In this document: one piece after another, positions 23,623-38,169 of the stretch | Layout of the letters: every line of letters starts with the position of its first letter | Position numbering within the stretch: position 1 is the first letter of the stretch | DNA from: Octopus sinensis | Lineage: Eukaryota | Direction of reading: 5' to 3' | DNA: 64,000 bases | Assembly: GCF_006345805.1 (NCBI RefSeq) | Contig: NC_043022.1 | Location: 22,010,001-22,074,000, forward strand | The notes under the pieces: generated by a model | What the model saw: only the letters and a program-made list of their open reading frames with translations | Database searches by the model: none | What the model was told of the DNA's origin: nothing | Translations under genes and position numbers: made by a program

Positions 23623-25129
23623 TTGGAATCTGTGAATGAATTTTAGGAATTCAAGAAGAATAGTTAAGAGGAAATGACCAGCCGTAAACTAGATGTTCTT
23701 TTCGTAATCTTTTTTTTTCCTGTCATTTGGATTAATTCGTCCATTGACAAATATCTCGCCCCTACATTTCCTGGAGATCAACTTACTCCAGAAACTTCCA
23801 GATCAGTTCTTCTTGAGTTTTCGCCAAAGAAAGGGTCCTGTCTTGCTTTACCTAGAACATGTGTTCGCATCCCCCACAAGACACGAACTATATGGAGATT
23901 TAAAGCCAACTAACTTTAGGCATTATTATCAAACCTATTCATACTGGGAAAAGGAATTACGATTTATATCAATGTGATACGTAAATCATATTAACAGTAA
24001 GATCACACTGACAAAAAAGCGAAGATAGAAATTACAGGGTTCAAGTCAGATTTCATAGATTTCTGGAAGAAAGGTTTCTGTAGAAGATCAAAATAATCTC
24101 AAATAATAAGAGGAGAATATCAAACTAAAAGTCCGTTGATAAAGGGAAGTAAGTCCAGTTAAGGGAGGTAACTAATACAGACTGAAATCGGGTGGAAAGC
24201 TGTCAAGTGGTTTTGCCAATTGTCTTCAATACGCTTTCTCTTGTGGAAACGATAGAAATAACTTAATTTCGTCTGTGTTTGGGTTACGTGACTGTCAAAG
24301 AAGCTAACATTGATTGATAAACACAGAAGGACGAACAAGTGGATGGCTAAAGTAAATAAAATGGGATCTTTTCCTTTTCTTTTGACACATTCTACCAGTA
24401 TACGAAGTTTTCCAGTGTTTAGTTAACTAGAAATTGTGTTGAAATCTGGCCTTCAAAAGGAAAAGATCCATAAAATGTAATAGGAGTGTGATATCTATAT
24501 ATGACTGGAATTGAAAGGATTTTAAAAGAAACTAAGGGAATGAGCTTTTATTGAGCCAAATAACCCAAGATGATTCAGTGTCAGTTCTCTGCATATCATT
24601 TTTGCCATCAAACAAGTATAAATGTTGCAGGATATCGTTTTCCTCAGTCGTGTATCACCGAAATTTGTAAATAATGTAAGCTGACGAAAACTATTACATT
24701 TACACGCGCGCGCGCACGCACACACACAATCATCGTGACACTCCGTCGGTTACGACGACGATCGTTCCAGTTGAACCGATCAACGGAACAGTCTGCTCGA
24801 GAAATTAACGCGCAAGTGGCTGAGCACTCCACGGACACGTGTACTCTTAACGTAGTTCTCGGGGTGACACAGTGTGTCAAGGCTGGCCCTGAGAATTTGG
24901 TAGACAGAAACTGAAAGAAGCCCGTCATATATATGTATATGTATATATATAAATATATGCTAAATGATGATGATAGATATGCGTGTGTGTCTGTCACCCC
25001 CAACATCGCTTGACAACCGATGCTGGCGTGTTTATGTCCCCGTAACTTAGCGGTTCGGCAAAAGAGACTGATAGTATAAGTACTAGGCTTACAAAGAATA
25101 AGTCCTGAAGAAGCTTTCATCTTGTTGGT

Positions 25130-25960
25130 TAAAAAAGTCATCAACAGCAGATGACATCATCATCACTGCAATACTGTTTCCCAGCCAAATGTTTTTTCAG
25201 GTTAGGGAACAGATGATAGTCAAATGGAGCCAAAACAGGAGAATAGAAAGTATGAAAGACCAGTTCAAAGCCACAGTTAAACACAGCAGCCATTGAAAGC
25301 AAGGACTTGCGTTCTGGAGCATTGTCCTGATGAAGCAAGACCCTTCAAAAGGGTCTTCATCAGTTTTCCTGGGTGTTTAATCTTGATAGCCTTTCATAAC
25401 TGCCTCAGCAAATTGGCATAGCACTCTTCCTTGATATTGACACCCTTTTGAAGATTGTCAATTAATGCCTTCTGCATCCCAAAAAACTGAGGTCATCACC
25501 TTCCCTGCAGATGAAATGGCTTTGGCCTTCGTTGGACCAGGTGAGGAGAGGCGTTTCCATTGCATGGATTGTCTCTCTGTCTCCGACTCAAAGTGATGAA
25601 GACAGCACATTCTGCATTAGGAAATGTTCAAAGAAACCGGCTGAATCTGCCTCAAATAACATCAGATCTTCCTGTAAAGTGATAAGCCTGGTGTGCTTTT
25701 GATAAGCCTAGTGTACTTTTGATCAGGTGTTAGAAACCATGGCACCCATCAAGCAGAGACGTTCATCATGTCAAGGTCACTGCTCAGAATATTCTCAACT
25801 CTCTTACAGGATATGCTATTAGCGCTGGCTATTTTATTTATAGTCAATTGTCTGTCATCTATCACAACATGGTGAACACAATCAATGTTTTCCTTGGTGG
25901 TGGTAGCTATAGGATTTCCACTCCCCTCCTAAATTCAACCTTCCACTTTTGCACTGTTGA
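25130..25960 (-). mobile_element. Mariner transposase remnant
   Basis: WKRLSSPGPTKAK...AGKVMTSVFWDAEG, HQDNAP and YSPVLAPFDYHLFPNLKKHL motifs; frames disrupted. Confidence 0.85.
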
Positions 25961-26076
25961 GTGAAATGAATTAATAAATATTCATGTATATGCACTTAGA
26001 ACACCCAATGGAGGTCCACAAGTAAGCATAATTGTGAAAGGTAAATTTGTGTTTATCTTAACCCTTTATTTCTCAA

Positions 26077-26385
26077 TGAGGGTCAGCTGAAAAGTTCATA
26101 AGCTGACCAAAGTGTCAGCTCCTATTGTAGTAACCATGTAAGGATGAATGTCTTTGGGGGCTAAAACCTTTTTCAGCAGGTACTTGATAACACTATAATG
26201 TGAAATTTTGTCCATTTTCAAGAGAAATCACTACTGGTTACTTTTGAAGTTTTCTTTGAACAGTCAGATTTAACTGGAAAGAAACAATGAAGTTACTCAC
26301 AAGAAGAGTTGAAATTCATGCATGCAAGACTTCACAGCTCTAGCAACACTCCTTCATAATCAGCTTATGAACTTTTCAGCCAACC

Positions 26386-26389
<4 letters not shown>
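26077..26389. mobile_element. Mariner-type MITE
   Basis: TIRs gagggtcagctgaaaagttcataagctg / cagcttatgaacttttcagccaaccctc. Confidence 0.8.
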
Positions 26390-26435
<46 letters not shown>

Positions 26436-27997
26436 TTGTTTGAGACCTGTCAAGACAAGTGAAATTGTAGTTGTGACTGATGCCAGTGCTGTCTAAGCTA
26501 GAAACCATGCTGGTGGCATATAAAAAGCACCGTTTGAGCATTGGGTCTAATGGAGACCAATACATTTGGCAATATACTGTGCTTGTGTAGACCTGTCAAG
26601 TCAAGTTAGATTGTAGTTGTGGCCAATGTCACGTCAATGACACCTGTGCTGGTGGCACGTAAAAAGCACCTGCTACACTCTTAGAGTAATTGGTGTTAGG
26701 AAGGGCATCCAGCCTTAGAAACTTTCCCAAATCAGATTGGAACCTGGTGCAGCTCCCTGGCTTATCAGTTTTCAGTCAAACCATCTAACCCATGCCAGCA
26801 TGGAAAGCAGACGTTAAACAATGGTGATGATGATATACGTGTGTGTGTGTGCGTGTTTGACCCCCAACACAACTTGGCAACTGGTGTTGGTGTGTTTACA
26901 TCCTTGTAACTTACTGCTTTGGCAAAAGAGACCAATAGAATAAGTACGAGGCTTTAAAAAATAAAGTACTGGGTGGGGGTGATTCATTCAACTAAAATTC
27001 GAGGTGGTACTCCAGCATGGCCACAGTCTAATGACTGAATTAAACGCAAGATATATATGCATTGCACATGATAGGCTAATACCAACTCTACTCACAAAGC
27101 TGTGATCAGCCTAAAGGTATAATAGAAGACACAAAGGTGTCACACATTGGAACTGAACTTGAAACCACATGGTTAGGAACCAAACATTTTAATCAGACTG
27201 CCATACCTTTACCTATATATGTACATATAACACACACACACAAATTACTGGTGCATTAAGATTGTTTTGTTTCAATGCTATTATGTTCTTGTATAGCGTT
27301 GGCTAAAATCTCTCTCTCTCTTTCTCATATATGTAGATATATATATATATATATACTTTATTTTACGTAATAACATTGACACAGAACAAAAAGCCAGTAA
27401 GTTATTAATTGAACCAGCTGCCAAGAATGCATTATACATATATATATACAGCAGGTTATTAGTATTGCTATGCCAAAGAGAAATATTAATGTATCATCAT
27501 CATCATCATCACTTAACGTCCATCTTTTGTGCTGGCATGGGTTGGATGATATGACAGGAGCCCGTCAGATCTGAAAGAAGCCCATCGTGTATATATGTGT
27601 GTGTGTGTATGTTTGTGTGTGTGTGTATGTTTGTATGTCTTTTTTTGTCCCACCACATCACTTGACAACCGATGGTGGTGTGTTTACGTCCCCATAACTT
27701 AGCGATTCGGCAAAAGCGACCGATAGAATAAGTACTAGGCTTCGAAAGAATAAGCCCTGGGGTTGATTTGCTCGACTAAAGGCGGTGTTCCAGCATGGCC
27801 ACAGTCACATGATTGAAACAAGTAAAAGAGTTATCCTGAGCAGTGATGTATGATAAAGTCAACTGATTAACCATCTGTAGTCCAAGATATTTGTCAATGA
27901 GGGAGTGATCAACACAGGCAGCTAGGTTAACTGAGACAATGTAGGCTAAATTAACTTGTATGAAGGTAGTGAGCTGGCAGAATTGTTAGAGTGTTAA

Positions 27998-28230
27998 GGC
28001 GGTGAGCTGACAGAATTGTTAGCACGCCAGGCAAAATGCTTAGTGGTATTTCGTCTGCTATTACGTTCTGAGGTCAAATTCTGCCAAGGTCAACTTTGCC
28101 TTTCAGCCTTTCGGGAGTCGATAAATTAAGTACCAGTTACACACTGGATCGATGTAATCGACTTAATCCCTTTGTCTGTTCTTGTTTGTCCCCTCTATGT
28201 TTAGCCCCTTGTGGGCAATAAAGAAATAAG
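27998..28230 (+). mobile_element. SINE family B
   Basis: aaggcggtgagctgacagaa...aaagaaataag. Confidence 0.8.
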
Positions 28231-29267
28231 AATTGTTAGAGTGTTGGACAAAATATTTGGTAGCATTTATTCCAGCTCTTAACATACTGTTAAGACTAAT
28301 GAAAGGCAAATACTTTGCTTTTCATCCCTTTCGGGGCCAATAAAATAAGTATCAGTCAAGTAATAAACTTGTACCTTACCCCCAAAAATGCTTGTCTTGT
28401 GCCAAATTTTGAAACCATGATTAAATTGTCTGTCTAGGAACACAATAAAACACTTATATGAGAGAGGAATACTCTGAAATGAAACCTGTCATATTTGTAG
28501 TCTTTGATATTTTCTTGCTCCTGCACAATCTATTTTTGCTTGTTAGTTTAATGGTTTCAAACATTGAGTGGTAGATGTAGTTGTTTCCAACAAAAACATT
28601 TGCCATAATGAAATTTAATGTGTTAGTACATCTTTTAGTCTCGCTTTTTTTTTTTTTTTTTTGCTATTTACAATTCAAAATGCTTTCCACTACAAGTCAT
28701 ACTCAAACTTCTTGGAATCCCAAAAATAAATCATCTGGGCCATCACGTGCATCTACAGCAATGAAGTTTTGACATTTCCAGATCATTCTCACTTGTGAAG
28801 ACATATGGAAAATATAATACAGGTAAGAGTAGTCCTGGTTCTCCAGTCAATAGCATGTTACATCCTCTGTAGAGTGTTGGTCTTGTCGTTTTGACATGTC
28901 TCTGCCCTTCAGAAAACCCATAGTAGGGAGTCACTAGAACTTAATGGAGTGGGTAGCACAAAAGGTAGCCATTCTTGATTGTGAGTTGACAGCCACCATC
29001 TCACACATACACACACACACACACATACATGCACACAATTTCTATCAATTTCTACCAAAATCCACCAAGAAAGCACTGGTCAACACAAGACGACAGTAGA
29101 AAATATGTACCAAGGTGCTGCACTGTGTGACTAAAAAGATTCCCTTTTCCTAATCTGATTATGTCACCTTGACTGTATTAAAGATGCTGGGAGCATTGAT
29201 AGAGTTAAGATGATACAACTGCATTGAGAAACCTTATTGAGTTCTCTTTTTTCTTTTTCTTTTTTTT

Positions 29268-29660
29268 TTTACTAGTTTCAGTCATTTGACTGCGGCCATG
29301 CTGGTGCACTGCCTTTAATTGAGCAACTCGACCCCGGGACTTATTCTTTGCATGCCCAGTACTTATTCTATCGGTCTCTTTTGCCGAACCGCTAAGTAAC
29401 GGGGACATAAACACACCAACATCGGTTGTCAAGCAATGCTAGGGGGACAAACACAGACACACAAACACACACGCACATATACATATATATACATATATAC
29501 GACAGGCTTCTTTCAGTTTCCGTCTACCAAATCCACTCACAAGGCTTTGGTCGGCCCGAGGCTATAGTAGAAGACACTTGCCCAAGGTGCCACGCAGTGG
29601 GACTGAACCCGGAACCATGTGGTTGGTAAACAAGTTACTTACTACACAGCCACTCCTACG
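29268..29660 (-). mobile_element. SINE family A
   Basis: Full-length copy. Confidence 0.85.
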
Positions 29661-29936
29661 CCTGAGTTGCTACAGATTTTTTTATAAAGCAACAAGATTG
29701 ATAAAAGTAATTTTGATTCGAATCAGAAAATGTGTCAAAACATGTCAGGTTATAACCCCGATATTATTGACCCTTAAGACTAAATCAATTCGAAATGCAT
29801 AAACAGGTGTTCATACACAGAATCATGCAAATGGACAGTCCAAAATCTTAGCAACTCAGTAATTTGCTCTGTACAGTGTAGAAAGATGGAGTAAATAGGT
29901 GGGGAAAAGATAAACAAATCTATCTAGCAATAAATT

Positions 29937-30156
29937 TGAGGGGGTGCTGAAAAGTTCCTGGCTTTAAGGGTCTCACAAAAGGCCTGGTCGGAGGCTCAAC
30001 CTTCTGAGTTTTTTTTATGGAGCTTAGAAAAACTGAAGGACTGCTGCAATGAGTGTGTGAATCTGAGAAGAGAATATGTTGAATAAAATCATAATTAACT
30101 GATCCTCCTGTATTTTCTTTTACCCAAAAGCCAGGAACCTTTCAGCACCCCATCAT
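29937..30156. mobile_element. Mariner-type MITE
   Basis: TIRs ggggtgctgaaaagttcctggc / gccaggaacctttcagcacccc. Confidence 0.8.
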
Positions 30157-31725
30157 ACATCACATCACAGATAAAGACAGGCAATTAATGCCTTGAATTG
30201 GTTACGGAAACTGCTTACCTGACAAAAACAGAAAACAGTGAGGAGTGTATTAACTAAAACAGTAGTCCAGGTAACCAACTCTGACTGAAGAATAACATCA
30301 TCAGGTTCCAGAGGACACATAGTGTCATTAACTGACTGCATTCTTATTTCCAGCAGGTGCTACACTGCACAGCAGATCATTAGAATGGTGGCAGAAAATA
30401 CACACCAATCTTCCTGGCAACTCACCCTTACCTCTCACCTTCATAACACCCACTCATGGCACACATGGCTGACCAATCAATCAAGAATTGAGTACAGCAG
30501 AAGAATGTCTTTTGAGAAGGTTTTTTTGTTGTTTTTTTTTTTGTTATTCTGCCATCTATAACCAAAGTGATAAAAGGTAAAACACTTTTAGGAGTCTGAA
30601 TGGAATTAAAAACAACAGTGTGCCAGAGTGGAGGAGATATACTTGCAACAGTAGCAGAAGAGAGTGGGTTGAGGAGTTTACTGTACACATACTGTTGGAA
30701 CACAAAAGATTGTAAGGGTGGACGTGGCATGGTGGAAGTTTCTCATTCATACATCTGTTGATAGGAGAGAAATAGTAAATAGACATAGAGATAGACAACA
30801 CAGTATTTCTTACAAGCAAATTCTGGTCGAGAAATTTATTGTTTGGAAACAGAAGAAACAATAGAATGCATTTCTTGCTTTGTATTTGGATCAAGTAGGT
30901 GAGGGTTCAAGTGTGGGGAACTACACCTAGTTGGCAACAGTTGTTTAACCACAGTTCAATCTTCATTAAAAGTATTCCAGCCATGACCATCCCAGCTGAG
31001 CCCTTCCATGTTTAAGACACAGGAAGTTTGATTTTATAGAAACTTGGCTGCTATTTCTAGTAAGTCGAGTGACCACATAGGTACCTTGATTAGTTTAACA
31101 TTATCCGATGTGTACCTCTTTGTAGTTTCTCTTTAGTTCAATCCTCATGAAAAGTGTTCCAGCCATGACCATCCAGTCTTTTATCTATGGTCTAAGTAAG
31201 ATTACATTATATAATGTGCCCTCCATTGTTGTTGGTATTCTTTAACCCTAGGCCAGCCATGATCCAAGTGACCTATGTTCAAAAGTGTTCTAGCTGTGAT
31301 CAGTTTGTCTTTTATTTGGACACAATATCTTGGATAACATTATGCAATGTGTTCCTCCTCTTTCAAGATGTCAGAGTGGGATTTCTAGTAAGTTGAGTGA
31401 CTACTTAGGTCTCCCCACTCCCATCACCATCATCATCATCATTGTTCTCTGCAGTGGTTGCAAAACAAACTTCTCACTCACACAACCATGGCTGCACCTA
31501 TGTTTATTCTTTACTCTTTTACTTGTTTCAGTCATTTGACTGTGGCCATGCTGGAAGACTGCCTTTAGTCAAGCAAATCGACCCCAGGTCTTATTCTTTG
31601 TAAGCCTAGTACTTATTCTATCGGTAACTTTTGCTGAACCGCTAAGTTACAGGGACGTAAACACACCAGCATCGGTTGTCAAGCGATGTTGTGGGGACAA
31701 ACACAGACACACATACATATACATA

Positions 31726-32260
31726 TCATCATCATCATTGTTCGACCGTGGTCAAGACAATGGAATTTACCATGCTACGCCAGACTTCATGGTCCATCAT
31801 AGCATTACAGAGGTCCTGTTGCTGGATGCCTGTATCCCTGGAGATTACATCAGGGTAGGAGAGTGTGCACCCTCTGGTATTGCGAGTAGATGGCTTCCAG
31901 AGGAGAAGAGTAGAAATTGCCTCGTTTTCAGCTCTACAACAATGTCCAGCAAACTGGACTCTTCTACCTTTCACAAGAGATGACACAGCTTCCCATATAT
32001 TTGCATTTTGGTTGGATGACGCTTCCACCATAAGAGGCTTATCTATCATAGGTAAATTTCTAAGGTGGACTGTGGTAATTTTAAACAAAGCACTGAAGGC
32101 AGAATCTCAACAAAGGCTCACAAATAAAGGAACAACTGTAAAACTGTTCTTTCATATAGGAGGCAATGACTACAAAGGAACAACCCCAGAAGGAAGCCTC
32201 CTCCAACTGATTATTCAATGCAATCTGCATCCAATATATATTGCAAGCAGGGGAGTGAGC
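31726..32260 (-). mobile_element. RTE/RTE-X LINE 3' fragment
   Basis: GRRVQFAGHCCRAENE...LLLWKP...SYPDVISRDTG...AMMDHEVWRS, followed by a (GAT)n tail. Confidence 0.75.
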
Positions 32261-32429
32261 TCTATCATCTCCCAGCCACAAGGCTGCCAGACTGTACGGT
32301 TTCAACCTCTTTGTGGTCATCTTCAGTGGTGGGGGCTCATCTGCTAGAGATAGCAGTAGTTCACTCCAGTTCGCAATATAATAGAAAAAAGACAAAAGCC
32401 CAAAACACCAAAAGGGAAAACGAAAAAGC

Positions 32430-33560
32430 ATAAGGATAGAAACTCACAGAGCCCAGGTTGTATGTAAATTTTACTTAAATGGTACCTGCTGACATGGAGA
32501 AACAGGAAAGGGCTGCAGGTTTGCCCATCCCAAAACTTATAAGAACAACAAGCAGGGAAACCTGAAACAAAGCCAGCAAAAAAATAGAGGGAAATCATCA
32601 AGCATGGATCTATAGACTAATAGTGTACCAACTGGAAGAAGTATGTCTCAAAAGAGTAGGAAAAGAGATCAATGCATGCATTTTGCATCCTTCAAAAGGC
32701 AATATGCAGAGGCTGTGCAAACTGCAGCTATCAAACAACAGTGTTTTTTGAACATGACCGAGAAGATAGTACAGCAGCTGACATGGATGTACAGGATGCA
32801 AACTCAAAGCTATGCATTCCAATGCACAAGACCGCCTCGGATGACAGTCCCAGAATGGCCACCACTAACACCTACCCCAATATCGCAACCATATTCCTAC
32901 AGAACATTGGAGGTCTGTTACATCTCAGCAACAGAGGTAAAATTCTCGATCTAAAAGAGCTTGCTACATGCAATCAAGTAATATGCATGGCACTCACTGA
33001 AATTCATCTGGCCCCTGGTGTAACAGATATGGAAGTGCACATACCACGTTGCATTTCATACAACCAGAAGGGAAAGAAGCCACAGTAGAGCTGCTATGCA
33101 CATCCATGAAGATGTCACACCTCTTGTATCACTGTCACATTCAAACTCAGTTTGTGACACCTTAATAATACATATAAAGCAAGCTGATGTAGCTGTATGC
33201 ACAATATATCATCCACCGAATACCATGAAACATGACGGAAAATTTGAGGATAGCCTCAAACACATCGAAGAGGTATTAACAAACCTAGATCAGAACATCA
33301 ACATACCTTCCACATATCAAATGGCCAGAAGGTCACATCCTCTCTGGGATGTCACTGCATAAACAAAAGCATGTAGAGTCATTATTTGAACTTACTAATA
33401 AACTGTTCATGGAGCATGTGATACTCTGGCCAACCAGGGGAAACAAAATATTGGACCTGCACTTCACAAATAATGTGGACCTTATCTATAATGTGAAGGT
33501 GATACCAATGGCACTCTCAGATCACAACATGATTGAACTATATATGGGGCAGGTTTGAGA
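32430..33560 (+). mobile_element. CR1-group LINE remnant: ORF1 CCCH finger plus APE endonuclease
   Basis: VCKFYLNGTC*HGETGKGCRFAHPK; then NIGGL...ALTEIHL, YHPP, PTRGNKILDL, LSDHNMI (APE motifs) with frameshifts. Confidence 0.8.
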
Positions 33561-33631
33561 AGAAGTTTGGGAAAAAAACAAGTTTCATTGGGAAGGTAAA
33601 TCCTCATAGTCATATACGGCATAGCAAGACA

Positions 33632-33679
<48 letters not shown>

Positions 33680-35664
33680 CTGTGTTTGTCCCCCCAACAT
33701 CGCTTGACAACAAATGCTGGTATGTTTACGTCCCCCGTAACTTAGCGGTTCAGCAAAAGAGACCGATAGAATAAGTACTAGGCTTATGAAGAATAAGTCC
33801 GGGGGTCGATTTGATTCGACTAAAGGTAGTGCTCCAGCATGGCCACAGTCACATGATTGAAACAAGTAGAAGAGTAAAAGAGTAAATAAGTTTTTTTTTT
33901 TTTTTTATTAAACATAACTAATCCTGGAACATTTTGATACCATCTCATAAATAAATCACCCCAATTATTCACACATACAAAGCTTCCTTTCAGTTTCCAT
34001 CTGTTGAATCCACTGACAAGGCTTTGATCAGACAAGGTGCTGCAAAGTGCAACTGAACTTCAAACCGCATGGTGTGGAAGCAAGCATCTTAATCACACAA
34101 CCACACACACACACACACACACACACACAGATGTCTATGTTAACACTTATACATGTGTGTGTGTGTGTGTGTATATAAATGACAAATAAAAATTTATGTA
34201 TAGATATAAATACTTATATATCTATAGAGGCAAGGAGAGAGTAATAAACATGTGGTAATATTACAGCCATTGTGATAACAGTGACCCTTGAATCTCTACA
34301 CAAGCTGAGAGCAGAAAAAAAACAAAAAAAAACAACAACAAAAAAACAATTCTTTACCCCCCCCCCCTCACTGGCTTTCCATACATATTTCATCCAATTT
34401 CCTTAGAGGCTAAACTAAACACAAACACAAGCATTTGTATAAATAGATAATTGATCTTTGAACAGCAACAACCTCTTGTAACACTTCTTTATATTAATTC
34501 AGCTCCACCCTAATTATTTGCTTATTCAGAGAAATCTTTTTGACCTTCGACACAGCCTAACCAGCTGATAGGTGGGTGAAATAACTGGCCAAAATATCTC
34601 CAGGGCTATCTCATGACTGCCACCAGCAGCTTGCTGTCAGCAAGTTTAGCAAACAGTCTGCAGCATATGGATTCTATTTTGCCCATCAAATAACATTTTC
34701 TTGATGAGTGTCTTTACTTGATATTTGCTCCATAGACACAGGCATTCCTATGTAAGAAATTTGCTTCTCAATCGCGTGATTTGGGTTCAGTTCCACTGCA
34801 TGGGACCACTTGGGGAAAGAGATTGCTATTATAGCCTTAGGACCAACCAAAGCTCTGTAAGTGGATTTGGTAGATGGAAACTGAAAGAAGCCCAGTGTGT
34901 GTGTGTGGGTGGCTGTCCAGGCCACCGTTTCACAACCATTGTTGGTTTGTTTATGTTCACATAATTTAGCAGTTTAGCAAAAGAGAGTGATAGAATAAGT
35001 ACCAGACTTGGGGAAAAATAACTTTTGGAGTCAATTTGTTTGACTAAAACCCTTCGAGGTAGTGCTCCAGCATGGCCACAGACCAAAGACCGAAGCAAGT
35101 AAAAGATAAATAAGAAGTAAACTAGAGACAAAGGCAGTAGAGTGATGGAAGAAATTACTTTTACAGCTTTGTTACATCACTTTGCCTTGTGCGTTCAAAT
35201 CCAAACTGAGGTTAACTTTGCCTTTTATTCTGCCAGAGGAGGGGGAGGGAGTTTATAAAATGAAGTACCAGTAAAATACAAAGGTCAATTTAATCAGTTA
35301 TTTTCATCACAACCCCTACATTGCTGGCTTTGTACCAATATGAGGAAACAATATTTGTCCCAAAGCACCTCTGCAACTCAAATAAATCATCATTTAACGT
35401 CCGTTTTCCATGCTAGCATGGGATGGACAGTTCGACCGGGGTCTAGTAAGCCATGGGGGCTGTACCAGGCTCTAGTCTGATTTGGCAGTGTTTCTACAGC
35501 TGGATGCCCTTCCTAACGCCAACCACTCCGTGAGTGTAGTGGGTGTTTTTTTACGTGCCACTGGCACAGGAGCCAGAGCAGGCTGGCAAACGGCCACGAT
35601 TGGTTGGTGCTTTTACGTGTTACCGACACGGACGCCAGTCAGGCAACGCTAATATCTGCCAAAA

Positions 35665-35707
<43 letters not shown>

Positions 35708-37681
35708 TGATGATAATAATAATAAATGCCCTGATGCAGTACCAGGCAGTGGCTCTTGTGGCTTCTGATCTTAACTGATTGGAAGTGTCATCATGTACAT
35801 TGTTTTGTCTTGGTATAAAAGATGGGCTACAGCAAATATTCTGCTCAGTATCACAGATTTGCTTGTCAGTTGTTTGACCATAACCAGCTGAGCATGTCCC
35901 TTAGTGGCTGACGATATGTGCATCTCTGATCACGAGCAGAAGTATTGGGGGAGCATCATAGCCAAAGAGGGATTCTTTGGGGTTTGGATAATTCACCTCT
36001 GGAAGCATGGGTGGTTCGTTCAACATCCTTTAACAATCCTTATTCAGGGATCTTTTGAGCGGGATGGGCTATTCGACCAGAAGAAAATTCTAACTGGGCC
36101 CCACCTGCAAGGTCATGCGCTGTCTATCTTGATATGAGATCACTATGTTGCGCACATATGGTTGTGATGCATGTGCTTGTTGTACCCTTATCAGACGGGT
36201 AGTCAGGATGGGTATACTGGGCTTCGTATATTTTACCCCAGTGTCACTTTGATGGCATGCACTGCTCTCTCACTCAATAATAATAATAATAATAATAATG
36301 GTTTCAAATTCTGCTACAAGGGCTGACATTGATAAATAATAACAACAAAAATATAATTTGTTATGAGAAATAACTCAACTTCTAGATTGACAAACTCTTC
36401 TACTCTCTATCCGTCACCATTAATCTATTTATCTCATTATTATTTACCACACTTAAGGTGACAAGCTGGCAGAATCGTTAGCATGCTTAGTGGCATTTTC
36501 GTCCACCCTTTCATTCTGAGTTCAAATTCTGCTGAGGCTGACTTTGCCTTTCATCCTTTTGGGGTTGGTAAATTAAGAACCAGTTGAGTACTGGGGTCGA
36601 TGTAATCAGCTTAACCCCTCCCCGAACTTGCTGGCCTTGTGCCAAAGTTTGAAACCATTATTGACCACACTTTCTCTGTATAGGTATTATCTCACACATT
36701 GCTTTCATTTTGTTCAAAGCTTTATCTTCTAATGTTTACTTGTATTTTATTAAAGCTATCACATACAAAATCCTCTTTTCTGACTGGGTGAAAAAGCTGA
36801 AACTTTAAATCCCCTGTAACATTTTACAAAAATTTTTCTGGAATAAATGAGTCACAAACTCAGATTCAGCATGAAAAAGCACACCAATATACCAATTTTG
36901 AGTATTTTTACTTGATTTTAAAATTTCAAAATCTGTGGCAGCAACAAAGAATTTCTCCTTATTTGTCTATCTCTTTCATTTTTTTGCTTTACACATGGTA
37001 AACTTTTCCCCTCTCTATAAATTTATCACACTCTCTATAAAAGTATATAGCTCATGCTTAGTGTGTGTGCATGTGTGTAATGAATTTCAATAGGTTGACA
37101 AAGTGGTTTAAAAAAGGTATGTTAAAGATTATTTTAACAGCATACTTTTCTGCTTGTAAATGTTTTATCTTACACACACATGAACTTGCTTGGTGTGAAG
37201 TGGGGGATTAAAAATTTAAACTATAATTTTTTTTTTGTTGTTGCTTAAATCTCAACAATGGACCACTGGACCATCATTTCATAAAATGTGTTTATGAGGG
37301 GAAAAAAATATTTAAAAACATCAATACGTGTGACCAAGAAATGAGGAAGGTACCAAGTGGTTGTGAATGTGCTAGAAACAACAGCTAAATCTCTCTTAAA
37401 TCACACATTTTTTTATCTGAAAATTATTTTGAAATTATAAATAGAAACAAATTGCAGATTTAGACTATCTCTATTTTAAAACTATGATTAAAAAAAAAAT
37501 TCCAAAGAAGAACCAAAATTTTAGGATTTAGGGTGGGAGTGGAGGAAACCAATGCTATGCCAGTTTATATATATATATATATATATAGCAAAAACTGTCT
37601 GAAAAACGGCAACGAGAAACTCAGAGTAACAGATTTTGTTGAATTTTCTGCTGCTTAAAATAAAGTATATATATATATATA

Positions 37682-37893
37682 TACTCTCTTTTCTCTTTAC
37701 TCTTTTACTTGTTTCAGTCATTTGACTGCGGCCATGCTGGAGCACCGCCTTTAGTCGAGCAAATCGACCCCGGGACTTATTCTTTGTAAGCCCAGTACTT
37801 ATTCTATCGGTCTCTTTTTGCCGAACCGCTAAGTGACGGGGACGTAAGCACACCAGCATCGGTTGTCAAGCAATGCTAGGGGAACAAACACAG

Positions 37894-37924
<31 letters not shown>

Positions 37925-38083
37925 CACACATATATACGACAGGCTTCTTTCAGTTTCCGTCTACCAAATCCACTCACAAGGCATTGGTCGCCCCGGGGCT
38001 ATAGCAGAAGACACTTGCCCAAGATGCCACACAGTGGGACTGAACCCGGAACCATGTGGCTGGTTAGCAAGCTACTTACCACA
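37682..38083 (-). mobile_element. SINE family A
   Basis: Full-length copy, head-to-head with the next copy. Confidence 0.85.
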
Positions 38084-38110
38084 TGTATATATGTATGTAT
38101 GTATGTGTGT

Positions 38111-38169
<59 letters not shown>

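Noticed and set aside
23674-24360. Two short plus ORFs suggesting a transposase or recombinase
   Set aside because: No catalytic motif recognised; probably a decayed repeat.
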